A program made the position numbers and the translations under genes. A DNA stretch of 64,000 nt from Asterias rubens (taxonomy: Eukaryota): the NCBI RefSeq assembly GCF_902459465.1, contig NC_047067.1, positions 8,680,001 to 8,744,000 of the forward strand, read 5' to 3'. Of this stretch, positions 24,801 through 36,500 are shown in pieces. The notes under the pieces are model-generated. The model saw only the letters and a program-made list of their open reading frames with translations, made no database searches and was not told the DNA's origin. Positions within the stretch are counted from its first letter, which is position 1; each line of letters begins with the position of its first letter.

Positions 24801-27800
24801 GGATACGTGACTGCACTTGTTTTTTCTCAAACCAGTTTTTCCCAGTCTCCTATTTAATTTTTTGAAATGTAATCCATTTCTGCCCATACAATAATAATTC
24901 AGGGTTTTTGTTTTTCCATAAAACGTGACCCAGCTAATTTTATGACATATTAAAAGACCGATTACATGGTGTGTTGGTTCAACATGTTTAGAATTGAAAT
25001 GACTGAACTTTTTTTCAAGCCAGTTTTTTCCCCACTTTCCTTTTTTATGTTTTGAAACGTAATCCATTTTGATCGAATGTATTAATTCGCGACCTTCGTA
25101 TTCCTATCCTAGCAGGAGTGGTGGGCGGAATACGTGCACGTGCTAAGCAGGGGGCGAAGATGACATTAGTTACGGCGTCTTCGGAAGTAGTTTGCTGCTG
25201 TGGGGTGGACTGACAGCTCTTTAGATGGGAAACTTTGGGCATCACCGGGATGCAATTTTTATTTATATTTGCCGTCCTCACAAATTTTCCTGATTTTTGT
25301 TCATAGATTCGCTTTTTTGAATCGATTTAGAAGGAAGAAAATCCCGATTGAACAGAACTACGAAAGTTGCAAGTTTTGATGTATAGCCCACCGGGATGGG
25401 GGCAGTATAATGTCTTAGCCCGCTGGGGGAAACAATAATGATACTCAAGTGTTTCTTAAAATGTTTTAAACCGTGCTTCTGATGTAAGAGCAAATGATGA
25501 AACGTGACCAGCAAATTACAAGATATAAATTTTCAAACACCAAGAACATCGTGGTGTGTTGGTTCAAAGCTTTTATATATTGGAATTACTGTACTTTTTT
25601 TTCTCAAACCAATAAAACACACTCTCCTATTAATTTGTGTTTTTTTGTGTGAAATGTAATCCATTTTTGATGGCAGTATTAATTCGCGGCTTTCATTTTC
25701 CAATCCGAGGGGTAGGAACGGTGGGCGGAATACGTGCACGTACTAAGCAGGGGGCAAAGATGACATTGTGGTTTAGCAGTATCTTTGATTACTTTATTAG
25801 TTGGGGCGTCTTGGGTCAGTAGCTTGCCGCTGGGGTTGGGTTGGCAATTCTTGCGAGGGGATACTTCGGGAATGCACAATTTTCCTTTTTTTTTTTTTTT
25901 TTAAGACTCACTTTTTCGAATCGATTTAGAAAGAAAAAAAAACCTTTAAAAAAAAGCACTAAGACAGTGGTAACTTTGATGTACTGGAACAAAAATCCTG
26001 ATATTTTTTCTTAATGACTCCCTTTTTGAATCGATTTAGAAAGGAATCAATCCCCATTCAAAAGCATTTCGACAGTGGCAACTTTGATGAACGGACAAAA
26101 TGTTGGCACCGCGATGGCGCCAATAATCTTCGCGTAAAAGTGTCAACAGTGTTGTACATCTTCATTCGAAATAATATTAATAAATGGTAGGCAATACACA
26201 ACGTGGACCGCACACCAAACCATTGCCAAATTTACTTCGAAATTTCATTTATTATTTACCATTGTCTTGGAAGTGTCCCATGCTTCATAGTCATCTAATT
26301 TCAGCCAACACGCCACGACAACTAGCGAGAATTTTGTCAAACTAGGTTGTTGAGCGAGTTATTGAGAAAAACATCGAGTAGGTCTATAGGCCTATTGTTT
26401 TTTTAAAGGTTTTTGTTGAGTCTGTGTCGAGTGACATTTTTTTCTATTCCATGGCAGGGTGCCAGACGGACTTGTTTCTGTGTTCAGGGGTAACTTTTCA
26501 CACAAGGAAAAGGAAATTCACGTACTTTTAACATGACTAATAAAATATTGAATTGAATGGAATTAAATTGATATAATTCAGGTTCCAGGAGTGCATAAGA
26601 AGTTAGCTCTTGGAGAAGCTATTCGTTATAAACGAATATGAATAACTATAAGTTATATATTTTAAGAGTAACAGAAGTTGTGATTCTTCATTTTTATATC
26701 CTTTTAAAGGCAGTGGACACTATTGGTAAATACTCAAAATAATTATTATCATAAAACCTTTCTTGATTACGAGTAATGGGGAGAGGTTGATAGTATAAAT
26801 CATTGTGAGAAACGGCTCCCTCTGAAGTAACGTAGTTTTCGAGAAAGAAGTAATTTTCCACGAATTTGATTTCAAGACCTCAGATTTAAAACTCGAGGTC
26901 TCGAAATCAAGCATCTGGAAGCACACAACTTCGTGTAACAAGGGTGTTTTTTCTTTCAGTATTATCTCACAACTTCGACGACCAATTGAGCTAAATTTTC
27001 AATTTTGTTAAATATATTTCATGCATACGTTGAGATACACTAAGTGACAAGACTGGTCTTTGCCAATTACCAACAGTGTCCAATGTCTTTAACCCAATTA
27101 GTTTGTTTGATACTTCTTACAGAATTACCAGTATTGATACAATAAAGTCTCGCGGCATCAGCGTATCTCCCGTCAAGAAGGTGGACGGTACCGACGCGGA
27201 CTATTTCATCACGCTGACGTGGACACCGGCCATTGGTCAGCTCGGACGTCACATGGTTTGTTACAGAGCTGAGGAGGAAGGGGATTTCTCGAGTGACGCA
27301 GCGTGTGTCTACATCAACGTTGTGGGTAAGTGTTAGGGCGTGGAGTATGAACTTTTCTCAATAGTGTTATCACCTGCTTCCTGATCTATCCTTTTCTGTC
27401 CAGGTGGCCCATAAAAAAGGCTACAACGGCCTCGCTCCTACGTGCCCTGTCCCTGACTACTGTCTTGGCATCATTCCAGCTCCTCCACCAATAGGGCCTT
27501 GTCAAACGAGGCAACTTTTGCAGGCAACTTGGAGGCAACCAACTGCAGTGCGTGCTTCAAGCCAACCTTGGTAGCATGTGAAATATTTTAAGATCCCCAA
27601 GAAAAACGAGAATGCCTTTCTTCTTGGAGAACTGGTTGCCTGTCTTTCGTGACATTGCCTTAACACTTACCCCTTGTCTCCTCCCTTTTTTACCCACCAT
27701 CCATCGCTCGCAGTCGCAGGGCACTGATTTGTTTTGTCCAACATTCACAAACCTATAGGACCGTATCCGAATTGGTGACTGGCTGCGGCTACAGCTATGT

Positions 27801-30800
27801 TGCTTTGGACATCATTTACCTCAGCCGTATCCGTATCTGTAGCCGTATAGCTGACGTTTCCAAAAAGATGGGTAGCACAAATCGTCTTTGCCCGCCATAT
27901 TTTATTAAAAAGTGGAAAAGTGCAAGTGTGTACGCGCTGCGAAGAACTCTCGGCCACTGATAACCTTTCACACGTGCACGTTTCATCAAAGATGGCGGTC
28001 AATGACGTCATGAGCCATCAACCAATTCGGACACGTGGGCTGAGTCAGGCACATCGTGTATGACGTAGTCCTCTATGCCACAAACATTCACTGACGTCAC
28101 AACATTTACAAATGTTGCTTTGGACATTTCGCTATATGGAAATTGTGAAAGAGTAAAGCTGTGCTGATGTCCTAACAAACATTATCTTTGATGGTTGCTG
28201 TTTACTATACTTTGTTGTTGTACCTAAATCATAGTCCCTGTATAAGTAACCAACTCACTGTTAACCAATTGAGTGTGACTGCACACGCAGCCAATATTGG
28301 GGTTAGGACGCTGTGTGTCAGTAGACTTACCAGGATGTTGAGAAAAGAGAATCAGCTATTGCAAACTGCCTATCAACTAAAGGGACCTATGGTATAAATG
28401 CAACAAATAGTTAATGGCCTGACGTTTCGATCCTAGCAGAGTCTTTCTCAAAGGCTACACAAATTATGTTCTTAGAGCATGCTCAGAACTATACAAACAA
28501 AGAAACTTACCAGATAGGTCTGGTTCCACCTAGCGTTCTAAACTCTCATATTGTTGCACCCATTGATCTCCATTAATTGAGAAGCAAATGTGAACCTAGA
28601 AGAGTAACCCAATCTGGGCCCAATTCCATGATCATGACGACACAGCCCCTTTAAAACTTAATTTCTAAACCATAGTTGTTGAGTTTCTCACAAATTCAAA
28701 ATATTAATCTTAACACAGATCCGGAGCATTTTGTGCCCTTTTTTGTAATGACGTCAGAGTCTGTACCAGCACCAGGATCAAATGTCACAGAGAGAGAAAT
28801 TGTTATCAAGTTTAACAAGCAGGTAATGTTTTTCAATTTTCAAATTCAAAAAGTTAAATAAAGAATGTAACTAATTCTCCAAAAGCCTAACACAAATATT
28901 AGGAGAACAGAACACACTTCTCACATGCTATGAACTTATGTATCAAGTTTTTCAGACGGTCCCTTATTCCATATTTACTTTGACATTATTTCCGATGGCA
29001 TAGGACCTTGAATCGACTAGTGGAATCCATTTCAATAATTTAAAGTTTTATTCAATTTCACTGTCCGGTGTTGGGCTGTATAATAATAGAGGACCTGCAT
29101 GGCTACTGTGGATTAGGAACACCCAAAACGCGGGTAAATTGATAAATTGAGAAGGTTCAAGCAATTTCCCTTTAGTTTTCAGTTAACAGGGGTCAGACGT
29201 TGTTATTTGGTTGGTTATTGTAGAGATGTATTGGTCTCCAGAGGGGTTTGGCGCGCAATGATTGAACCATCTCAGTGGGATCGTTAGGAACTCGCCCTAC
29301 ATTATCGAGGTGAAGATTTGATTTCAAAGGGGTCAGGGGTCAGGAAAAAAAATGTTTTCATGCTTTGCGGGTTTGAAGGGGAGGGAGGAGGGGGAAGACA
29401 ATGTTTCGCCTTAAAGTGCGCGTGTGGATTCTAGAAGTGAAGTCTCATTCTACTTGGTATGAATGTCTTTAAAGACAGTGGACACTATTGGTAATTGCCA
29501 AAGACTAGCCTTCACAGTTGGTGTATCTCAACATAATGCATAAAATAACTAACCTGTGAAAATTTGAGCTCAATCGGTCATCGAACTTGCGAGAAAATAA
29601 TGAAAGAAAAACACCCTTGTCACACAAAGTTGTGTGCGTTTAGATGGTTGATTTCGAGACCTCAAGTTCTAAATCTGAGGTCTCGAAATCAAACTCGTGG
29701 AAAATTACTTCTTTCTCGAAAACTATGGCACTTCAGAGGGAGCTGTTTCTCACAATTTGTATACCATCAACCTCTCCCCATTACTCGTCACCAAGACAGG
29801 TTTTATGCTAATAATTATTTTGAGTAGTTACCAATAGTGTCCACTGCCTTTAAAGGGAGGGTATATTTTTGGTAATCACTCTACCTTTTGTTTTAATAAA
29901 CTGAATGTCCACTTCTTTTTGCTGTTGATTTTCCTTAAAGAAAAGCGGCAGTGACGAGATTGTGGGAATTCAAAATGTTCATTTATTAAAGAAGTGTTAC
30001 TCTTTGATAGGACATTTTGTTATGAATGCCCCAAACTTACTCCACAAAGTCCACCGTGCCTTCTTATATTAAGTCAAACCCGATGGATGGTATCACAAAC
30101 TTATTAAAGGTGTTATGTCAGATTTTTAGGCCCCAAACATTAAAAAATAGATTTTTTTTGAGTGAATGGTATTTCAAAGAGTATCACCCGCTCTAACGAA
30201 CAAAAGTTTAACTTTTACTTTTAATGGTCAGGAACCATGACAACAATTTATAACGTTTCTTATAAAACACATAACAATTGGTCACGTGATATATTGTCGG
30301 GATCCTGACAAAAACTAATATTGAGCACTTTATTTCACTGCTACTAATAATTGGCGGACTTTTTCGAGCAATGGCTCAAATGAAAGCTTGTTACTTTCTC
30401 GACCCCAATCAAAATACCTATTGAATTTTAAATCAAAATTGTTGGCCAAAAATCTGACATAGCATCTTTAATGTCAATATTTAATTATAAATAAATTAAG
30501 AATCCGTGTTGCATTTTGCGTATAGTATAGATTATATAAATTCCTCCACGCTATTTTATATCCTAGCTTTCTGCCATTATTCGGGGCAGTGGGTTCCAGT
30601 ACAGCTTCCAAAATTCATTTTCTAATTCCTGAACATCATGCACGGTAGTTTTCTTTCGTAAATGGTGTTTGAAGCTTTGCATGGTGGTGATGGAGAATAA
30701 AAGTAACAGTTACTTTTGTTTTCTTTCGTTCGTCCGTCGTGGTACCTCCCCTGATAACATACATCAATTCGTTTTGACCAGATTTTGAGACCGAAGGAGT

Positions 30801-33800
30801 CCGGGTTTGTCACCATTGTGGACGCCGAGGGAGAGGTCATGTATACGGAGGACACCAAGAGGAGTGAAGTGGATGGGAACGATCTCAGCTTCAGCCTTCC
30901 CTTCGATCTGGTGTACGGAGCAACCTATCGGATCGAGGTAGACTCAGATGCAGTCCGGACCAGACGTCGCTGCGAGGCAAGACTCTCTCGGACCGAGTGG
31001 AGCTTCACCTGGATGGGTAAGCTCAATCGTTACGATGTAGTCCCGCTGCTAAAATAATATAGGATTCGAACAGTCTCTAGCTACAGGGCAATCACTTCCG
31101 GCTTGGTCTTTAGATAGGCACTCTACGCTTGACGTACTCTCTAAATGTAAAAGAGTGAAAAACACCACTCTTTACATTTCGAGCTGTCCTTCATATGGCT
31201 CTTCAAAAAGAGTGGTGTTTTTTCACTCTTTTAGAGGGGTTTCACTCCAGGACAGAGTGAAAAATCACTCGAAAAGATGCAAACTTCAATCTAAAAGAGT
31301 GGAAGACCACTCGAAAAAGAGTTGTCCTTCATATGGCTCTTGAAATGGTGTTTTTTCACTCTTTTACATAAAGAGAGTATGGGAGTTTCCTCCTCTGTCC
31401 ACTATCGTCTGTGATTTTGTTGGATGTTTTTATCTGTACAGACTCTCTATCCTGTAAAACAATTGTATCATTGTAAAACGTAATCTAGTAAATGACAGTA
31501 TACGCTGAATAAGCTTGTATGTGCAAGTCTATATAAAATTTAAATAATTCTGCCTTTTAAATTGCCGAAGGAGTAGGCCTACCTTAATAACCCCCAATTT
31601 TAAACAAACATTACAAAACACTACCCTTAGTAACAGAGTACGGGGAAACGAAGTTTAAATCACGTTTACGTTTCAGGACGGAAACTGCCCGCCATGATCG
31701 AGGCTCCACTACGGACGGCCCGCCCGAGGGCACCAGGGTCCAGCCCGGTAGACTGTCACGGCAACTTCATGCAAGTCTTTGTCTCCAAACGGCTCTCCGG
31801 AGTCATAGACCCGCGCACAATGTACCTCAATGATCAAAGGTGTAAAGGGATGGATTACAACGCAACGCATTACGTCATCGGGACGTCATACAATGGGTGT
31901 GAAACAGCTGTTACTAAGGTAATTTTTTATATCATAAAATGATTAAAAAAATAACATTGATATTTCTAGTACGTCATGCAAAACAGAAGAACTCTCCTAT
32001 TATACACAAAGGCAACCATACTTCGAAAGCTATGGTTTCTGAAATAAATATGTTTTGAGATGTGTTTTGAATTCTGAACAAGTTTCTGCTTTATTACAGG
32101 AAACATTTATTTATGTTGCCTGTGTTGAAGTGGGACGCTATAACATTTATTTATGTTGTCTGTGTTGAAGTGGGACGCTATTCTAAATTAGAGATTGCCT
32201 GGCATTTGAAAAGCATGTTGATCTGCCGTTGTCAACCGATTTTCAAATTGTAACCATTTTGAGATTGTTTGTTTTGTGAAAATGACAGGAAGAAAACGGG
32301 CTTGAAATTGGTCTCGTCACCTTCGAGAACACAGCTCACATCCCACCCCAACCGTACACATCCGGGAGCGAGATCACGCGAGATCACAACATCGAGATCC
32401 ACCTCGGGTGCCGTGTCCACGAAAGCTCCGTGAACTATCTGTCGTTCGACCCCAACGTCACCACTCTCGTGTTCTACGACGAAGGGTACGAAAGGTATAA
32501 CTTTTCGCTCGAAATGTTCGACGACGGCAGTTTCACCACGCCGTTAAAATCGAACACTTTCCCCATGAAGGTCCAGCTGCATGACATGATGCACTTCGAA
32601 GCCCGTGTGAAGTGCCACCCTGGGAAGGACTGCTCCCTCGTGCTCGACAGGTGCTGGGCCACGCCATCTACGAACCCATTTGACTTCACTCGTTTTCCTT
32701 TCCTTGAGGATGGGTAAGTTGGGCGGTTGTGGCAGGAGATTCTGTCAAGATTCTGCCCCCCATAGCAAACTTTACACAAAATACTTGTAACAGCGCCCTG
32801 TTTTAAATCATTCTTCTACAACCAATGTTAATTTCCCATCGGGGGGGGGGGGGGCATGATAAATCCAAATCTATCGTGTACAAAGACCGTTTTTCAGTGT
32901 GTAAGAAATGTACGACGAACTAGTTTCGTCATTTTCCTCTCGATTTGTTCACAATAATTTGAATATTGATAGAAGTACACTGCTTGCTGAACGAAGATGC
33001 GTTTTCATTATCAGTGTTCCGAAGCAAGATTCATTTATGAGCCATTTCAGCTTCTTTGATGTGTATTTGTAACAATGTTCAATTAATAGTCCGCTGTTGG
33101 TTGGTACTTGTTTTCAGGTGTCCCCGTGATGACACCGTACAGTTGCTAGTCTCACCTTCAAGCAGCCGGAAGCGATTTTCCCTCAGCTCATTTGCTTTCC
33201 TTGGAGAACACCACATTAATGGCCCGGTAAGTCAACATAAGTAACAAATGACTCTTGCCCCATTCGTCATAGTAACAAGCCCAATTTCACGAAGGAAACA
33301 ACTATACTTCTGTAAATACAATTGTTGATATAAGCGTGGAACCAAGTACGATCAAAGAAACAACCCAAACAAACCGGTTATCTGTTTCTGCTTAATACCT
33401 AGCCTCTTTATTAAAAAAAAAACGGGTCAGAATGTACCCATAATTCGAGTCCCAGTGTGCTTGCAGCCGACTGCACGAAACGCTAGTCAATTTCACCCTT
33501 TTAGGGTCAGGCTCACACGGGCAATGCTTTAAAAAAAATATGGGATTTGAATCCAACTCCGCGTCATCAATGCATAGTTTGTAAAAACATAAAACTGAGA
33601 CTGATCATGTTTTTTTTCTTATATTCATTAATCACTGATTTCCAATAAAGAAGAAAAATTACTGCACTGTAGGATGGATACAAAATATGATCGGAAGTAC
33701 AAAATAAAGACTACATTTCTTGAAGGTCACTACACCTCCACCTGGTAAAACTCGCGGGGTATATTGGTTATACATCGATATGAATTATAGTCAGAACGCG

Positions 33801-35667
33801 CTGTTATCAAAGAGACTAGACACATTAAATCACCCATGGGGAGAGACCCACATGAGAAGCACAAAAAAAGAAATTCATGTTTATAGAAAATTGATTGATT
33901 CCAGATTTTCTAGTGGAAAGGGAGGTCTTTTTGTCCCACTGTGATTTTGAGTCATTCCGCTGTAGTTGACACATAGCTCAATTTGTATCGCGTCTGGTTA
34001 CCGCAGGGGAAACCTATAATGCAAAAGGTCGCATGGGTGGATTGCCAGGTGCGTTAATTTTAGCTTTTCTATACAAAAATTTGCTGACAAAACGTAAAAT
34101 GTTGTCAAAACTTTGTTTGACCTTTATGTGTTTAGGCCAATGTACCATGTGGTCTAAAAAATTAAAGGACTCCAAGGTCACATTCATATCGGTCGATCTC
34201 AAAACAAATTCGATTGCAAAAATGGTGGTCGGTCCTGGGCCCAATTTCATAGAGTACACAAATTTGCTAAGCATGACATTTCTTCCTTGATAAAAACAGG
34301 ATTACCAACCAAATTTCCATTTGTTGCATAACTGCTAGTTATTGGTGTTCAGCTGCTGCTTACTCATCTTGAAAATCATGTGGAAATTTGGTTGGTAATC
34401 CTTTTTTTATCGAGGCAGAAATTTCATGCTAAGCAAATTTTGGTGCTTATCATCTACAAAAAACTGGGCCCTGGGCTTCGATGGGGTAGGATAGTTTTTG
34501 TAAGTAGGATTTGAAACTTTGCATTGTGAAATTACGATCTAAGTAAGGTTTGCGGTAACACCATTAAATAAAGCCTATCTCTAAATGAGTTGGGGTGGTT
34601 CTGAAAACAACCGTAGGTTTCAAACACCCTAAAAACTCATGGTTCTGATCCAGATTTTGGTGCACAGGGATCAAATTTGGGTCACGCAGACCAGATTCAT
34701 TTCTATGCATTTTTTAGTACACATCCCGAGGCTTATAGACCCAGAAATGTGTTAGGACCCATAGGATCCGGGATCCGGGTAACTTCTGATCCAGGGGTTT
34801 GTAAAGTTTGGGACATCCAAACCGGTAACCCACACTGCGTATTCCTTAAGGGGGACATTCTTCGCTCCCTCATGGTTTTCGGCGGAATCTCAAAAACGCG
34901 ACCACCTTTAGAAATGTTCACATGAAGACTTTGTTGTATACATCTACATTTATTCATCAGGATTAAACAATTACACGGTTCAGAAAACCAAAGGTATATT
35001 TTGTAAAGATGTAAAACAATTTTATTCGTTTTGATTTATGATTGCAGGTGTACGTACATTGCGAGATGAGGGTCTGTTACGCCATGGAGTTTGATGCCGC
35101 ATGCGAGACGATTTGCACCGACCCTTCGCTGGAGGAGATCTTCGGCGGGGTCAGCGAGCGGGGATCGGGTGATGAAGTGAACCATCTGTTGCAGCACCAG
35201 GCTAAACATGGCTCCTCTTCCCCCGGTAAAACGTCTCACTCTCGGGCTCATGTGACGACAAGACACGTCAGGAATGCACGGGCGTCGGAAAGTGGTGGTG
35301 AGCATCGGTAGTGTTTAGGGTCCCCTCCCCTCCTGCACAAAATAATGAAAATATGTTCAATTTTTTTTACAAATATTAAAATATTAAACAAAAAGTTTAG
35401 AAACAAAAAATTAAATTAAATAAAAAAACAAAGAAAAAAATGTTGCACATACAAAAACAAACAAAACGTTCTGATATTTACCCGAAGTGTATTATAATCT
35501 TATTTATTGATACAGCTGGCTACCATGAGTATTCACCACTAGGCTTCAATGCAGACGTTGTTGAGATTTCCATGTTGGGAGGTATCATGGCCTTACTGAT
35601 GGTTCTGATCGGCATTCATTGTGCCAGATGGAGAAGCGACTCCAAAAAGACTAACGTCGACGTCTAG
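18862..35667 (+). CDS. Gene B: ZP-domain type I membrane/secreted protein, 905 aa; join(18862..19014,20277..20524,21001..21197,22378..22517,22923..23182,27123..27325,28719..28822,30782..31016,31677..31918,32289..32713,33118..33226,35048..35297,35516..35667)
   Basis: All 12 introns are GT-AG with matching phases (0,2,1,0,2,1,0,1,0,2,0,1), and the total of 2718 nt is a multiple of 3. Motifs seen: signal peptide, HYEGGSLTW, CCW, NSPP, DLDDDVIRCRW, and YAVSVMLEDF..PLSKIPLQF. ZP-N has 4 Cys; ZP-C has LDRCWATP, GCPRDDTV, RKRFSLSSFAF and VYVHCEMRVC. RHVRNAR is a furin-type site, followed by the TM segment ISMLGGIMALLMVLIGIHC. Confidence 0.88.
19065..19403 (+). mobile_element. tRNA-derived SINE with a Nin/Deu-like central domain and an L2-like tail
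   Basis: B-box GGTTCGAATCC at 19114-19124. The core GTCCTTCGGATAGGACGTAAAGCC...GCACTTGAAAGAACCC resembles the conserved Nin/Deu SINE core (recognised from memory). AT-rich tail. Confidence 0.6.
19627..19823. mobile_element. Harbinger-type MITE H1
   Basis: CTG-GGCCTAATTTCATAAAGC...TTATGAAATCGGGC-CTG. Confidence 0.75.
20815..20915 (-). mobile_element. tRNA-derived SINE fragment (same family as 6849-6917)
   Basis: GTGGGATTCGATCCACGACCTTTGCAATTCTAGAG matches the 6849-6880 segment. Confidence 0.65.
21208..21364. mobile_element. Harbinger-type MITE H1, 10 bp downstream of the gene B exon 3 donor
   Basis: CAG flanks on both sides. Right TIR GCAGCTCTATGAAGTTGGGGC. Confidence 0.7.
21845..22228. mobile_element. 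Partial Ginger-like MITE, same family
   Basis: Shared interior and right end TTTGACA-CCGG. The left end is missing. Confidence 0.7.
23479..23725. repeat. MITE-like element with four 27-bp hairpin-forming tandem units
   Basis: The unit GAGTTAGGACGAGTTTATACTCGTCCN occurs x4 at 23575-23686, bounded by GATTTCAC/GTGAAATC. Confidence 0.75.
23731..24310. repeat. About 200-bp tandem repeat, about 3 copies
   Basis: AAGTTCAGTGTTTA...GGATACGGGA...AGTAAATATTAAT recurs at 23732, 23937 and 24137. Confidence 0.8.
24540..26080. repeat. Patchwork of local duplications in gene B intron 5
   Basis: GGTGTGTTGGTTCAA and AATGTAATCCATTT blocks recur. GTGGGCGGAATACGTGCACGT..TAAGCAGGGGGC occurs at about 25120 and about 25720. 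Confidence 0.7.
26704..27092. mobile_element. Kolobok-type MITE, family K1
   Basis: Same TIRs and internal sequence as 17364-17750, with TTAA flanks. Confidence 0.85.
29469..29853. mobile_element. Kolobok-type MITE, family K1 (opposite orientation)
   Basis: TTAAAGACAGTGGACACTATTGG...CCAATAGTGTCCACTGCCTTTAA. Confidence 0.85.
30104..30471. mobile_element. Kolobok-type MITE, family K3
   Basis: TTAAAGGTGTTATGTCAGATTTTTAGGCC...GGCCAAAAATCTGACATAGCATCTTTAA. Confidence 0.8.
31135..31379. mobile_element. TA-flanked MITE (Tc1/mariner-type)
   Basis: TA-CTCTCTAAATGTAAAAGAGTGAAAAACACCA...TGGTGTTTTTTCACTCTTTTACATAAAGAGAG-TA. Confidence 0.75.
34238..34470. mobile_element. Harbinger-type MITE H1
   Basis: CTG-GGCCCAATTTCATAGAG...CTGGGCC-CTG. 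Confidence 0.75.
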
Positions 35668-35766
35668 GGAGCGGGGATTTGCCACAAAATGGGGGAAGGC
35701 CAGTCATTATTTCACTATAGGATATAAGTTGCTTTCTCAGCCCGGTAAACAACACAGGTGGTTCAC

Positions 35767-35772
35767 AATAAA
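35767..35772 (+). terminator. Putative polyadenylation signal of gene B
   Basis: AATAAA 100 nt after the stop codon. Confidence 0.45.
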
Positions 35773-36024
35773 GCGCGACACCAAGAGTTTGTTCCGGCGT
35801 TATTTTTTTGTTATACCGCAGTTAGACTGGGCCCCGCATGGATAAAGACAGGTACCTGCCGCTAGTTCCATTGGATACAATGATGTTTGATAAACGTGCA
35901 ACCATTTTTTTTATTCTTTCGAAAACACTACACTACTGTCATGTCCGCAATAGACTTTGACTGCGTATCTCATGTGAAATTAATGAGGTCAAAGGTTAAA
36001 ACATACGCCAGTTTTTGATGCCGG

Positions 36025-36500
36025 TGTCAGATGCAATTGTGTCCCATGCAATACTGTCCGCTCCGGACACTTTTGCATGTGCAATCGTGTCCGGGGCTAT
36101 GCAAAACCGTCCGGTGGACATGTACATGACTGTAAATGTATGTGCGCGCATAAGCAAGCGTGCATGCACTGAACCTACGTACATGCAGCATGAATACTCA
36201 CGTATTTTATGATTGCAGCGAATACCCAACGGCCGAACATTTCACATGTCATTCATGACATGCACTTAGCTTGTAAAAAATAACGAACGTGTTCCGTCGA
36301 CCAAGGGCGTTTAATTTACTGCAAGGACGGTTTTGCACGGGGCGGACACAACTGCATATGCAATTGTGTCCGGGCGGACACAAGTATGCAGCAGCGTCCG
36401 GACGGACACGATTGCATATGCAAAACCGTCCGGCGGACATTTGCATATGCAATAATGCCCTCCGGATAGTATTGCATAAAGGACATAATTGCATGTGACA
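36025..36500. mobile_element. TGT...ACA MITE with 4-bp TSD (Ginger-like)
   Basis: CCGG-TGTCAGATGCAATT...AATTGCATGTGACA-CCGG, with internal CCGGACAC and TTGCATATGCAA repeats. Confidence 0.75.
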
